From positions 1-32,606 of the forward strand of contig CAZYDK010000001.1 in the NCBI GenBank assembly GCA_964646025.1: 32,606 nt of DNA. The letters run 5' to 3'. Positions 18,799-28,958 of this stretch are shown piece by piece. The number at the start of each line of letters is the position of its first letter. Within the stretch, counting starts at the first letter, position 1. The translations under genes were made by a program, and so were the position numbers. The notes beneath the pieces were generated by a model. It had not been told where the DNA came from and ran no database searches. It worked only from the letters and a program-made list of their open reading frames with translations. The stretch comes from an uncultured Campylobacteraceae bacterium (GTDB lineage Bacteria > Campylobacterota > Campylobacteria > Campylobacterales > Campylobacteraceae).

Positions 18799-19323
18799 AT
18801 GTTAGAGATTGCTTTAAAAGAAGAGGCTAAAAAAATCGTAGAAGATGAGGGCTTGTTAAAAAGTAAGCTTTGTGAGTTTTTGGATAAAGATGAGTTATCA
18901 ACCCCTGTTTTGATGGTGTATAATGATATTTTATCAGCAAAAGATGGTGATACTTTAAAGTTTAGTTTTCAAAAGTCTACTATGTCTTGGTTTAGCTTCT
19001 TTTTTAGTTTTTATATGACTATTTATAGAAGACTTTGGCTTGCACTTGTGATTAATATTGCTTTAACTTCTGTATTTTCTATCATGCAAAAGTTTGTTAG
19101 TGGTAGTGATTTTTTAGCGTCAATTATGTCAATAGTTTCGTTTTGTGTAACGGGATTTGTTTTTGGTAAGCTATATACATTTTTTCTTGCACACAAATTT
19201 ATATCATATATAAACGATGGCAAAGATACAACTGGTGTATGTAGAAGCAACCTTGCTGGACTTTTACTAGTGTTGTTTGGTATTCCTTTGCTTATTGTGT
19301 TGATACTTTATATTTTATTGTAA
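18799..19323 (+). CDS. Membrane protein, DUF2628-like
   Basis: 'SWFSFFFSFYMTIYRRLW' pattern; RBS AAGGAG. Confidence 0.6.
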   Translation: MLEIALKEEAKKIVEDEGLLKSKLCEFLDKDELSTPVLMVYNDILSAKDGDTLKFSFQKSTMSWFSFFFSFYMTIYRRLWLALVINIALTSVFSIMQKFVSGSDFLASIMSIVSFCVTGFVFGKLYTFFLAHKFISYINDGKDTTGVCRSNLAGLLLVLFGIPLLIVLILYILL

Positions 19324-19343
19324 ATATTTAATAAGGATAAAAA

Positions 19344-19727
19344 ATGAAAATTAAGATTTATTACGAAGATACTGATTGTGGCGGGATTGTTTATCATACA
19401 AATTATTTAAAATATACAGAAAGAGCTAGGAGCGAATATTTTTCAAATCTTAGCAAAGAAGTTTTTAAACCAAATCAAGGATTTGTTTTAAGGGATTGTG
19501 AGTGTAGGTTTTTTGCTTCAGCAAGACTTCTTGATGAAGTTGTTGTAAAATCAAAAATCTTAAAAATCAAATCAGCAAGTATCAAACTAGAGCAAGAGAT
19601 TTTTAAAGATGAGTTATTGTTGTTTAGACAAACTACAACTTTAGCTTATGTTAAAGATGGTAAATTAGCTCAGATAGATGATGAGTTTATAAAGATTTTA
19701 AATAAGCGCGAAAATGGTATTTTTTAG
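19344..19727 (+). CDS. ybgC: YbgC/FadM family acyl-CoA thioesterase
   Basis: IYYEDTDCGGIVYHTNYLKYTERARSE. Confidence 0.9.
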   Translation: MKIKIYYEDTDCGGIVYHTNYLKYTERARSEYFSNLSKEVFKPNQGFVLRDCECRFFASARLLDEVVVKSKILKIKSASIKLEQEIFKDELLLFRQTTTLAYVKDGKLAQIDDEFIKILNKRENGIF

Positions 19728-19728
19728 T

Positions 19729-19767
19729 AAATTTCGTTTGTTTAGACGCCTCAAACAAACGAAATTT
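19729..19767. terminator. Inverted motif pair hairpin after ybgC
   Basis: 19729-19743 (-) and 19753-19767 (+), 9-nt spacer. Confidence 0.6.
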
Positions 19768-19786
19768 GTATATTTTAAGGTTACAA

Positions 19787-20218
19787 ATGGAAGTTAAAGA
19801 ATTTTTGACATTTTATAAAGATTATATAGCCCAAAAAGACTTGCAAGATATTTTGTCTAAAAATAAAAATATAGATGATAATGTCATTATGAAGTTAAAA
19901 AACCCAAAAACAGTTTTAATGCTAGGCATAATGTTTGGTAATTTTGGTGCGGATAGATTTTATGTAAAAAGTATTTTTATGGGGATTTTAAAGCTTTTTA
20001 TATTTTTAGCTTGGACTATTTGTTTTATGTGGGTAGCTGCTTTTGTGATGATGCCAGATAGACTAAATGCTACTGAAGATACTATAAGTTTGATGTTTTT
20101 AACTCACCATATAAGTCTTTTTTTATGGATTTTGTTTTGGATTTTTGACATTATTTATCTTCCTAAAAAGGTAAAAAACCAAAACTATCAAATGATTTTA
20201 AATGATAATTTAAAGTAG
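19787..20218 (+). CDS. TM2 domain membrane protein
   Basis: LKNPK...FGNFGADRFY...GILKL; start at ATG 19787 preferred. Confidence 0.8.
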   Translation: MEVKEFLTFYKDYIAQKDLQDILSKNKNIDDNVIMKLKNPKTVLMLGIMFGNFGADRFYVKSIFMGILKLFIFLAWTICFMWVAAFVMMPDRLNATEDTISLMFLTHHISLFLWILFWIFDIIYLPKKVKNQNYQMILNDNLK

Positions 20219-20223
20219 GTTAT

Positions 20224-20958
20224 ATGAATGTTTTAAAAAAAACTTTTATTGATTTTTTTACAGCAAAAATGATTTTTTATGCTGTAGCTCCTTTGATTTT
20301 GTGTGGGCTTTTGTGGTTTGGGCTTATTGGCGGAGTGGTGTATTTTTTGATAAATCACGCATCTGATATGATAAATGATGGTTTGAAGCAGATTGATGGC
20401 ATAAATTTTTTGGCACATACTTGGGTGGTGATGATTTTACAATGGCTTTTGATTGGTGTTGTTGGGCTTGGCGGGGTATTTTCTTCTGTTTATGTTGGGG
20501 TAGCTTTGGCTTTGTTTATCATATCATTTCTTACTCCAGCTATCGTGTCTTTTGTAAATGCTAGACATTATCATCATCAAAACTTAACAAGCGTATCATT
20601 TATGAAAATCCTTTGGATTATGTTTTGTGATAGTTTAAAATTTATTGGTTTTTTGCTTTGCTCTTTGATAGTTTTTGCTTTGCCTGTAATTGGTGGTTTG
20701 TGTGGGAGCATTGGTGTTTTTTTGAGTTTTTTTTATATTTATTATAGATTTATGCTTGTTGATGTTCGTTCTTGTGTGCTTGATAGGGATAAGTTTTTTA
20801 TGCCTATTAAAGATGAGTTTTCATATAAAGCTACGATTTTAGTTTTTTATCTTTTATCGCACATACCTTTTGTTGGGTTTTTTTCTCAAGTAGCTTTTAT
20901 TATATATCTAGCACATTTTGTATATGAAAAGGAGCTTGGATATGGAATATCTAAATAA
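20224..20958 (+). CDS. EI24/CysZ-like membrane protein
   Basis: Multi-TM; 'FLTPAIVSFVNARHY' pattern typical of epsilonproteobacterial EI24-domain proteins. Confidence 0.65.
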   Translation: MNVLKKTFIDFFTAKMIFYAVAPLILCGLLWFGLIGGVVYFLINHASDMINDGLKQIDGINFLAHTWVVMILQWLLIGVVGLGGVFSSVYVGVALALFIISFLTPAIVSFVNARHYHHQNLTSVSFMKILWIMFCDSLKFIGFLLCSLIVFALPVIGGLCGSIGVFLSFFYIYYRFMLVDVRSCVLDRDKFFMPIKDEFSYKATILVFYLLSHIPFVGFFSQVAFIIYLAHFVYEKELGYGISK

Positions 20959-21751
20959 CTTTTATTCTCTTACAAATCCTATAGCTTTTGAGCTTTTTGG
21001 CTTTAAAGTTCATTGGTATGGGCTTTGTTATGTTTTTGCTTTGCTTGTGGCTTTGTATCTTGGTAAGCGTTTTGCAAGACAAAAAGGTATAAGCGATAAA
21101 ATAATTGATAACTTTTTTATATGGGTTGAAATTGGCGTCATACTTGGTGCTAGGCTTGGATATATCTTAGTTTATGATGTAAATACGATTTGGTATTTTA
21201 CTCATCCTTGGCAGATTTTTAACCCATTTGTAAATGGCGAATTTGTTGGAATTCGTGGTATGAGTTATCATGGTGCTATGGTTGGATTTTTAATTTCTTG
21301 TGTATTGTTTGCTAAAAAATACAAGGTAAATTTATTTAAGCTTCTTGATATTTGTGCTTTAGCAATTCCTTTTGGTTACATTTTTGGTAGGATTGGAAAT
21401 TTTTTAAATCATGAACTTTTTGGAAGAGAAACTGATGTTTCTTGGGCTGTTGATGTAAATGGCATTATGCGTCATCCTAGCCAACTTTACGAGGCTTTTA
21501 GTGAAGGATTATTGGTTTTTTTACTTGTATTTTTTGTGTATAAAAAATTTAAACCAAAAGATGGGATTTTAATATGTATTTATGGTATAGGATATTCACT
21601 TTCAAGATTTGTTTGTGAGTTTTTTAGAGAGCCTGATAGTCAGCTTGGCTTTGTGTTTTCGTGGCTTTCTATGGGACAAATTTTAAGTATTTTTATGTTT
21701 GTTTTGTCGCTTTTTATTTTAATTTATATTATCAAAAAGAATAATGCTTAA
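20942..21751 (+). CDS. lgt: Prolipoprotein diacylglyceryl transferase
   Basis: VHWYGL, LGARLGY, GMSYHG, GRIGNFLNHELFGR, HPSQLYE, EFFREPD; start at ATG 20942 after GGAG. Confidence 0.96.
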   Translation: MEYLNNFYSLTNPIAFELFGFKVHWYGLCYVFALLVALYLGKRFARQKGISDKIIDNFFIWVEIGVILGARLGYILVYDVNTIWYFTHPWQIFNPFVNGEFVGIRGMSYHGAMVGFLISCVLFAKKYKVNLFKLLDICALAIPFGYIFGRIGNFLNHELFGRETDVSWAVDVNGIMRHPSQLYEAFSEGLLVFLLVFFVYKKFKPKDGILICIYGIGYSLSRFVCEFFREPDSQLGFVFSWLSMGQILSIFMFVLSLFILIYIIKKNNA

Positions 21752-21851
21752 TAAAAAATTATAATAATGTATTATAATAATATTTAAATTCAACATTAAA
21801 TATTACTAAGCTTATATTATGTTGTTGAAAATTATCACTAAGGAGAGGGTT

Positions 21852-22571
21852 GTGTCTAGTAAAATTGAGAATTTTTTAGGCAAGAGAGTTGATGGCACAA
21901 AATCACGCTTACCTGCTAAGCTTGATTTTTATCAAAGTGCTACTGGTTTAATCTTAGGGCTGTTTATGTGGGGACATATGATATTTGTTTCTACTGTTTT
22001 GATTAGTCCTGATTTTTTTGAAGCTACGGCTAGATTTTTTGAAGGTTCTGCTATTTTTGATAGTCCAAAACCTGGTATTGTGTCTGTTTTGGTTGGAATT
22101 ATTTTTATAATATTTTTCGTTCATGCTGCACTTGGTATGAGAAAATTACCTATAAGTTATCGCCAATGGCAAATAGCAAGAGAGCATTCAAAGCTTATTA
22201 AGCACGAAGATACAACGCTTTGGGTTATACAAGCCTGTACAGGATTTGTGATGTTTTTCTTAGCATCAATTCATCTTGGAATGATGTTTTTTATGCCAGA
22301 GAGTATAGGTGCAACAGGTAGTGCTACTAGGGTATTTACTCACCATATGTGGGCTTTTTATTTGATATTACTTTTTGCTGTTGAGCTTCACGGCGGAATT
22401 GGTCTTTATAGACTTTGTGTTAAATGGGGTTGGTTTGATGGCGATGATGTTCATACTGCAAGAGCAAGAAGAAAACTTCTTAAGAAGTTAAAATGGGCAG
22501 TTAGTGCGTTTTTTATAATTTTAGGTATTGCTAACTTAGCGGTATTTATCAAAGTTGGATTAACTTTATAA
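21852..22571 (+). CDS. frdC: Fumarate reductase cytochrome b subunit
   Basis: [41 protein letters not shown]; GTG start after AAGGAG. Confidence 0.94.
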   Translation: MSSKIENFLGKRVDGTKSRLPAKLDFYQSATGLILGLFMWGHMIFVSTVLISPDFFEATARFFEGSAIFDSPKPGIVSVLVGIIFIIFFVHAALGMRKLPISYRQWQIAREHSKLIKHEDTTLWVIQACTGFVMFFLASIHLGMMFFMPESIGATGSATRVFTHHMWAFYLILLFAVELHGGIGLYRLCVKWGWFDGDDVHTARARRKLLKKLKWAVSAFFIILGIANLAVFIKVGLTL

Positions 22572-22588
22572 CAACAGAAAGGCTTAAA

Positions 22589-24580
22589 ATGAAAGTAGAA
22601 TTTACCGATGCATTGATAGTTGGTGGAGGACTTGCGGGTCTTAGAAGTGCGGTTGAGGTTGCAAAAAGTGGTCAAAAAGTTACGCTTTTAAGCATTTGTC
22701 CTGTTAAGCGTTCTCACTCAGCAGCCGTTCAAGGTGGTATGCAAGCAAGTCTTGCAAATGGAAATAAAGGTGAAGGCGATAACGAAGATTTACACTTTGC
22801 AGATACTGTAAAAGGAAGTGACTGGGGATGTGACCAAGAAGTAGCAAGAATGTTTGCTCAAACAGCACCTAAAGCTGTTCGTGAACTTGCTAGTTGGGGT
22901 GTTCCTTGGACTAGAATTACAAGAGGTCCTAGAAATGTTGTTATAAATGCCCAAAGAGTAACAATAGAAGAAAAAGATGAAGCACACGGACTTATAAACG
23001 CAAGGGATTTTGGTGGAACTAAAAAATGGAGAACCTGTTATATAGCTGATGCTACTGGACATTGTATGATTTTTGGTGTAGCAAACGAGGCTATAAAACA
23101 CAATGTAAAAATCATAGATAGAATGGAAGCTCTTAGAATTATCCATAAAGATGGTGTTTGTCTTGGTGTTGTTGCTAGAAGTCTTATAGATGGTAGTTTA
23201 ACAGCATTTGTATCAAAAGGCACAATGATAGCAACAGGTGGATATGGTAGAGTTTATAAGCAAACTACAAACGCTGTTATTTGCGAAGGAACGGGTGCAG
23301 CTATGGCGCTTGAGACTGGAATTTGTTCTTTATCAAATATGGAAGCAGTTCAATTTCACCCAACACCAATCGTTCCAAGTGGAATACTTTTAACTGAAGG
23401 TTGCCGTGGTGATGGTGGGGTTTTAAGAGATGTTGATGGATATCGTTTTATGCCTGATTATGAGCCAGAGAAAAAAGAACTTGCTAGCCGTGACGTTGTA
23501 AGTCGTCGTATGATGGAGCATATAAGAAAAGGAAAAGGTGTAAAGAGCCCTTATGGAGAGCATTTATGGCTTGATATTTCAATTTTTGGTCGTGCTCATG
23601 TAGAAAAAAACTTAAGAGATGTTCAAGATATTTGTAAGACATTTAACGGAATTGACCCTGCTGATGAAGGTCCAAAAGGTTGGGCGCCAGTTTTACCTAT
23701 GCAACACTATTCAATGGGTGGAATTAGAACTAAGCCAAACGGAGAAACTCCTCGCATGAAAGGACTTTTTGCAGCCGGTGAGGCAGCTTGTTGGGATATG
23801 CACGGATTTAACAGACTTGGCGGAAATAGCTGTGCTGAAACGGTTGTAGCGGGTATGATTGTTGGGGATTATTTTGCACAGTATTGTAAAGAAAACACAA
23901 TCGTAGCTGATATGGGTGTGGTTGAAGCAACACTTAAAAAAGAGCATGATTATATACAAGAAATCATATCTCGTGAAGGAAAGCATAATATTTTTGAAAT
24001 CAAAAATGAAATGAAAGAGATAATGTGGGAGCATGTGGCTATCTTTAGAACAGGTGAAGGACTAGAATATGCTGTAAAACGCTTAGAAGAGCTTTATAAA
24101 GAAAGCTTAAAAGTAGCTATTTCTAATAAAGAAATTTATTGTTCAAACCCAGAGCTTGAAGAAGCTTACAGAGTTCCAAGAATGCTAAAAGTTGCACTTT
24201 GTGTAGCTCGTGGAGCACTTCTTAGAACAGAAAGCCGTGGGGCTCACTATAGAGAAGACTATCCAAAAAGAGATGATTTAAATTGGATGAAAAGAACTAT
24301 GACTTATTGGGATGAGAACGCCACTTTACCTAGAGTTGAGTATGAAGACCTTGACATTATGAAAATGGAAATGCCACCAGCATTCCGTGGATATGGTGCA
24401 AAAGGCAATATCATAGAAAATCCATTAAGTGAAGTTCGCCAAAAAGAAGTAGATGAAATAACTGAGAGAATGCAAGCAGAAGGCAAGAGCAGATACGAGA
24501 TACAAGATGCGTTAATGCCTTATGAATTACAAGCTAAATTTAAAGCACCAAACCAAAGAATAGGGGTTGATTATGAGTAG
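22589..24580 (+). CDS. frdA: Fumarate reductase flavoprotein subunit
   Basis: [46 protein letters not shown]. Confidence 0.97.
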   Translation: MKVEFTDALIVGGGLAGLRSAVEVAKSGQKVTLLSICPVKRSHSAAVQGGMQASLANGNKGEGDNEDLHFADTVKGSDWGCDQEVARMFAQTAPKAVRELASWGVPWTRITRGPRNVVINAQRVTIEEKDEAHGLINARDFGGTKKWRTCYIADATGHCMIFGVANEAIKHNVKIIDRMEALRIIHKDGVCLGVVARSLIDGSLTAFVSKGTMIATGGYGRVYKQTTNAVICEGTGAAMALETGICSLSNMEAVQFHPTPIVPSGILLTEGCRGDGGVLRDVDGYRFMPDYEPEKKELASRDVVSRRMMEHIRKGKGVKSPYGEHLWLDISIFGRAHVEKNLRDVQDICKTFNGIDPADEGPKGWAPVLPMQHYSMGGIRTKPNGETPRMKGLFAAGEAACWDMHGFNRLGGNSCAETVVAGMIVGDYFAQYCKENTIVADMGVVEATLKKEHDYIQEIISREGKHNIFEIKNEMKEIMWEHVAIFRTGEGLEYAVKRLEELYKESLKVAISNKEIYCSNPELEEAYRVPRMLKVALCVARGALLRTESRGAHYREDYPKRDDLNWMKRTMTYWDENATLPRVEYEDLDIMKMEMPPAFRGYGAKGNIIENPLSEVRQKEVDEITERMQAEGKSRYEIQDALMPYELQAKFKAPNQRIGVDYE

Positions 24581-25295
24581 AAAATTAACGATAAAAGCAT
24601 TTAAATACAATCCATATAGCAAGATAAGCAAACCACATTTTGCTACTTATGAGCTAGAAGAGACTGATGGTATGACGATTTTTATCGTCTTAACTCAAAT
24701 AAGAGAAAAGTTTGACCCAAACCTAAGCTTTGACTTTGTTTGTCGTGCGGGTATTTGCGGTTCTTGTGCTATGATGATAAATGGTAAGCCAAAATTAGCA
24801 TGTAGAACGCTTACAAAAGACTATCCTGATGGTGTGATTGAGCTTATGCCACTTCCTGCGTTTAAGCATATAAAAGACCTTAGTGTTAATACGGGCGAGT
24901 GGATGGAAGAAATGTGTAAAAGGGTTGAAAGTTGGGTTCATACAGACAAAGAAACTGACATTTCAAAACTAGAAGAAAGAATTGAGCCTAGCGTAGCTGA
25001 TGAAACTTTTGAGCTTGATAGATGTATAGAGTGTGGTATTTGTATAGCTTCTTGTGCTACTAAGATTATGAGACCAAACTTCATCGGAGCGGCTGGACTT
25101 ATGAGAGCGGCAAGATACGAGCAAGACCCACATGATAACAGAACGCTTGATGATTACTATGAGCTTGTGGGTGATGATGATGGGATTTTTGCTTGTATGA
25201 GCCTTATGGCTTGTGAGGATAATTGCCCTAAACAATTACCACTTCAAACCAAAATCGCTTACCTTAGACGCAAGTTAGTTACAAATAAAGGATAA
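24573..25295 (+). CDS. frdB: Fumarate reductase iron-sulfur subunit
   Basis: [32 protein letters not shown]. Confidence 0.97.
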   Translation: MSRKLTIKAFKYNPYSKISKPHFATYELEETDGMTIFIVLTQIREKFDPNLSFDFVCRAGICGSCAMMINGKPKLACRTLTKDYPDGVIELMPLPAFKHIKDLSVNTGEWMEEMCKRVESWVHTDKETDISKLEERIEPSVADETFELDRCIECGICIASCATKIMRPNFIGAAGLMRAARYEQDPHDNRTLDDYYELVGDDDGIFACMSLMACEDNCPKQLPLQTKIAYLRRKLVTNKG

Positions 25296-25303
25296 GGTTT
25301 ATA

Positions 25304-25348
25304 AAATTTCGTTTGTTTGAGCTTTTTGGCTTTAAACAAACGAAATTT
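25304..25348. terminator. Inverted motif pair hairpin after frdCAB
   Basis: 25304-25318 (-) and 25334-25348 (+) with a partly complementary spacer, 8 nt after the stop. Confidence 0.7.
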
Positions 25349-25406
25349 ATTACACAAACCTACGGTTATCTACTCCAAATACAAATTAAATACTATTAAA
25401 ATAGCC

Positions 25407-25574
25407 AAACAAACGAAATTTAACAAAATTAACCATAAGATATAGGTTTTGATATCAATAAATTAAACAATCTACTACTAGCTAATTGTTGATTTTTAAG
25501 AGTTTATTTTATTAGCTTATATATTATTTTTTGCTGGATTTGTTTGTGTTTTAGTATATAAATTTCGTTTGTTT
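25407..25574. repeat. Further 15-bp motif copies
   Basis: 25407-25421 (+), 25560-25574 (-). Confidence 0.9.
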
Positions 25575-25690
25575 GGATTATAATTTAAGCTAGATTGATA
25601 TTTTTTTGCACTATAAAATACAAGGCAAACTAAAACGCTGTATTTATATAAAATCTAATATCAATAAAAATCATTTACTTTTTGTTAATT

Positions 25691-25722
25691 CTTAAGTCTA
25701 TTTTTATGGGGGGGGGTAAAAT
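25691..25722 (+). promoter_or_regulatory. Putative promoter with G9 tract abutting -10 box
   Basis: CTTAAG 25691-25696, G9 25708-25716, TAAAAT 25717-25722, RBS AAGGAG. Confidence 0.75.
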
Positions 25723-25751
25723 GCTTTTTTAGTTTATTTTAAGGAGTAAAT

Positions 25752-27185
25752 ATGAAAAATTTTTTATTGTATAGTATTGTAGCTATTGGGCTTTGTTCGT
25801 GTGGTGCTACAAAAGAAGATTATATAAAATCAGCTACAAATAACATCAAGTATGCTGAAAAAAAAGAAGCTGAAAGTAGATATTATAATAATCGGTGGAT
25901 AGCTGAAGACTTAATCAAAGAGAGTAATAAGTATTACAGATACGGGGCATATGATTATGAACAAGCACAAATGTATGATTATGCAGCGATGTATTACGAT
26001 GAATCTGAAGATGTAGATAGTAAATATAAGGTTTTAAAAAAACTTTATGATATTTGTGAAAATAACTCAAGCGAGTGCGAAAATTTACGATACAATGAAC
26101 TTTTAGCTGATTTTTATCTAAGTATAAATAACCGTGAAAAAGCAAATTATTATTATGAAAAAGCTGCTAAATATTACGAAAGACAACAACAGTGTCGTGG
26201 AAGTATAGCATTTGTTGGACGTGTTGATGGGCCTGAGTATTGTTATGAGTTAGCCGCTAAATATTATGAAAAAGCAGGTAATTTGCAAAAATTAGGCGAA
26301 ACATACCTAAATGCAGCTAAATTTTGTGAAGATAGAGAATGTCTGACTGGCTCAGCAGATAAATATTACTCAAAAGTGCAATCTGTATATAGCAAAATAA
26401 AAGGCGGTTTAAATGTGGATGAAGTTGCTTTGGCTAAGATAGATTATCTGTTTAAAAGTTCTAGCTACAAGAATAATAATTATCAACAAGCTTTGAAAAG
26501 TTGCGAAAATATTAAGGATAATAACTTAAAAAATAAATGCATAAAAAATGGTTTAAATATCAATATAGAGTTGTGTAATAGTAGTAAAATTTCAAATAAT
26601 TGTTATGATGCAGGACATTTGTATTCTTATCTCAAAGATGATAAGAACGCCTTAAAATACTACTACTTAGCATATGATATAGCTGGTGATAACTTTAAGC
26701 AATATGGTTTAAAGTATTATGAGAAAATCAGATACAATTTAGAGCAATTTGTCAAAATGCTAGATAAGAATTGTGGTAAAAACAATGGCAATAGCTGTTT
26801 TGACTTAGGTGTGATTTATCATTATGATTATAAAAATTATTCAAAAGCTATACAGGTATACACTAAAGCTTGTAATCTTAACCATTATGCAGCTTGTAAT
26901 AACTTGGGGTTTTTATACAGACAAGACTATGCTGTTAATTTGATTGATAACAAAAAATCATTTGAGCTTTATACAAAAGCTTGTAAAGGTGGAGAAATGA
27001 TAGCTTGTAGCAATATAGGCGGTATGTATGAGCAAGGCAAAGCAGTAGCTAGAAACTACAATACAGCTAAATCATACTACAAAAAAGCATGCAATGGTGG
27101 ATATAAAAAGGCTTGCGATTTTTATAATAACTTAGAAGCAAATGTGGTAAATGTTGATAGTAGCGATTATTCAAGTAGGTTTTAA
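25752..27185 (+). CDS. TPR/Sel1-repeat Cys-rich lipoprotein
   Basis: Lipobox LCSC; YYEKA repeats; C-terminal Sel1 repeats (YTKACNLNHYAACNNLG, YYKKACNGG). Confidence 0.85.
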   Translation: MKNFLLYSIVAIGLCSCGATKEDYIKSATNNIKYAEKKEAESRYYNNRWIAEDLIKESNKYYRYGAYDYEQAQMYDYAAMYYDESEDVDSKYKVLKKLYDICENNSSECENLRYNELLADFYLSINNREKANYYYEKAAKYYERQQQCRGSIAFVGRVDGPEYCYELAAKYYEKAGNLQKLGETYLNAAKFCEDRECLTGSADKYYSKVQSVYSKIKGGLNVDEVALAKIDYLFKSSSYKNNNYQQALKSCENIKDNNLKNKCIKNGLNINIELCNSSKISNNCYDAGHLYSYLKDDKNALKYYYLAYDIAGDNFKQYGLKYYEKIRYNLEQFVKMLDKNCGKNNGNSCFDLGVIYHYDYKNYSKAIQVYTKACNLNHYAACNNLGFLYRQDYAVNLIDNKKSFELYTKACKGGEMIACSNIGGMYEQGKAVARNYNTAKSYYKKACNGGYKKACDFYNNLEANVVNVDSSDYSSRF

Positions 27186-27262
27186 CTGAGTTGTAAATTG
27201 TTAGAATGAAAAAAGTAGTATTTTTTATATGTCTGTGGCTTGTTGTATAAAGTTTATTTGAG

Positions 27263-27302
27263 TTGATTTGGTGTTATAAAAACACCAAATCAAACGAAAT
27301 TT
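27263..27302 (+). terminator. 13-bp hairpin overlapping a motif variant
   Basis: ttgatttggtgtt-ataaa-aacaccaaatcaa; variant aatcaaacgaaattt at 27288-27302. Confidence 0.6.
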
Positions 27303-27461
27303 GGGTGCTAAAGTGCAACAATCACACCTAAAAACAACCAAGCATTTAAAAACCTTAAAAAATTTTCATTTTATTTTTAATGATTATTTAAGTAAGATTT
27401 TTTATCATTTTATTTTGTTTTTAATTTATCGGGCTAAGTTTTAGCCATACAAGGGAAAATT

Positions 27462-28652
27462 ATGAAAAACTTTTACAACTTCTTTTTAGAAAAATATATT
27501 AAAAATTTCTATGACAATTCAAAAGCGGTTTTTATTTTAAGCATTGTTGCTAGTGTTTATTTTGCTGTGTTTGGTGGCGTTTTTGCTGTAACGGGCGAAT
27601 TTACTCGTATAGGCGGTGAGATTTTAGAGCTTTTTGGGCTAGACCTTAGCACCTACTCTTACTATCAAAAGCAAAACCTAAGCGGCACGATGATAAGCCG
27701 CACTGATGGCGTGATGATAATAGGTCTTATTTTGGGTTGTTTGTTTTCTGCTAGTGTTGCAAATAAAATCGCCCTTAGAAAAATCTCATCTAAAGTTAGA
27801 TTTATTCAAGCACTTGTTGGTGGGATTTTGGCTGGTTTTGGGGCTAGACTTGCATGGGGGTGCAATCTTGCAAACTTTTTTACGGGTCTTCCTTATTTTT
27901 CGCTTCATACTTGGGTTTTTTGTCTTTTTATGTGTTTGGGTGTGTTAGCGAGTATAAATGTTTTGAAAATGGATATTTTTATGCCAAAGCTAGATATTGT
28001 TAAAACTAGCACTCCAAGGCTCAAAATAGACACAAAAATCAACCAAAAAAACAAAATTATATTTTTTATAAGTATTGTTTTGTTTGTGGGATTTTTTGCA
28101 TATCTTTTGGTAAATGATACAAAAAAACTACCTTTAGCACTGATTTTTGGGGTGGTGTTTGGGTGGATTATACAAAAAGGACAGATTTGTTTTACTTCTT
28201 GTTTTAGGGATTTGTTTTATTTTGGTAGGGCTAGATTTGCTCTTAGTATGTTTGTGGCGATGTTTGTTTGTAGTTTTTTTATATTTTTCTTGCTAAATAA
28301 CGGCTACAATGCAAAAGTCTTACAAATATCAATCGGGCTTTGCGTGGGGGCTTTTTTGTTTGGATTTGGGATTGTTTTTGCTGGTGGGTGCGAGTGCGGG
28401 TTTTTGTACCGTGCTTTTGAAGGGCAAACTCATTTTATGGTTGTTGGGGTTGGAAACATCATAGGCACAATGCTTATAGCGCTAAATTATGATTATCTAC
28501 CAAAATGGTTTTTAGAGGGTAGCAAGGTTAAGCTTGAAGGATTAGGCGGGTTTTTTACTAGCTCGGGCTTGTTTTTGGCTAGTATAGTTTTGATATACAT
28601 CATCTCAAAAATTGTAAGCAAAAAAATACAACTAGCTAAGGATATAAAATGA
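27462..28652 (+). CDS. fdhT: Selenium metabolism membrane protein YedE/FdhT
   Basis: AVTGEFTRIGG, GFGARLAWGCNLANFFTGLP, QICFTSCFRD, AGGCECG. Confidence 0.88.
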   Translation: MKNFYNFFLEKYIKNFYDNSKAVFILSIVASVYFAVFGGVFAVTGEFTRIGGEILELFGLDLSTYSYYQKQNLSGTMISRTDGVMIIGLILGCLFSASVANKIALRKISSKVRFIQALVGGILAGFGARLAWGCNLANFFTGLPYFSLHTWVFCLFMCLGVLASINVLKMDIFMPKLDIVKTSTPRLKIDTKINQKNKIIFFISIVLFVGFFAYLLVNDTKKLPLALIFGVVFGWIIQKGQICFTSCFRDLFYFGRARFALSMFVAMFVCSFFIFFLLNNGYNAKVLQISIGLCVGAFLFGFGIVFAGGCECGFLYRAFEGQTHFMVVGVGNIIGTMLIALNYDYLPKWFLEGSKVKLEGLGGFFTSSGLFLASIVLIYIISKIVSKKIQLAKDIK

Positions 28653-28879
28653 AGATAGATTACTCAATATCGCTTTTAGGAGAGCCTTGCCCTTATCCTG
28701 CTATAGCTACTTTTAAGGCTTTACCACAGCTAAAAGTTGGAGAGACTTTGGAAGTGATAAGTGATTGTCCGCAGAGCATAAACTCAATACCATATGATAT
28801 GAAAAAATTAGGGCATGAATGCAAAGTAGTGCAAAATGGTCCAGTGCTAGGTTTTTATATCACAAAATTAAAAGACTAG
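28649..28879 (+). CDS. fdhU: TusA-family sulfur/selenium carrier YedF/FdhU
   Basis: GEPCPYPA, LEVISDCPQSINSIP; overlaps fdhT stop. Confidence 0.88.
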   Translation: MKIDYSISLLGEPCPYPAIATFKALPQLKVGETLEVISDCPQSINSIPYDMKKLGHECKVVQNGPVLGFYITKLKD

Positions 28880-28958
28880 TTTTGGGGTGGTAAATTTGGC
28901 TGTGGTGGGGGCGATATAACTTGTGGGGTATTTGTAGCGAGGGGTTAAAAAAGAATAT

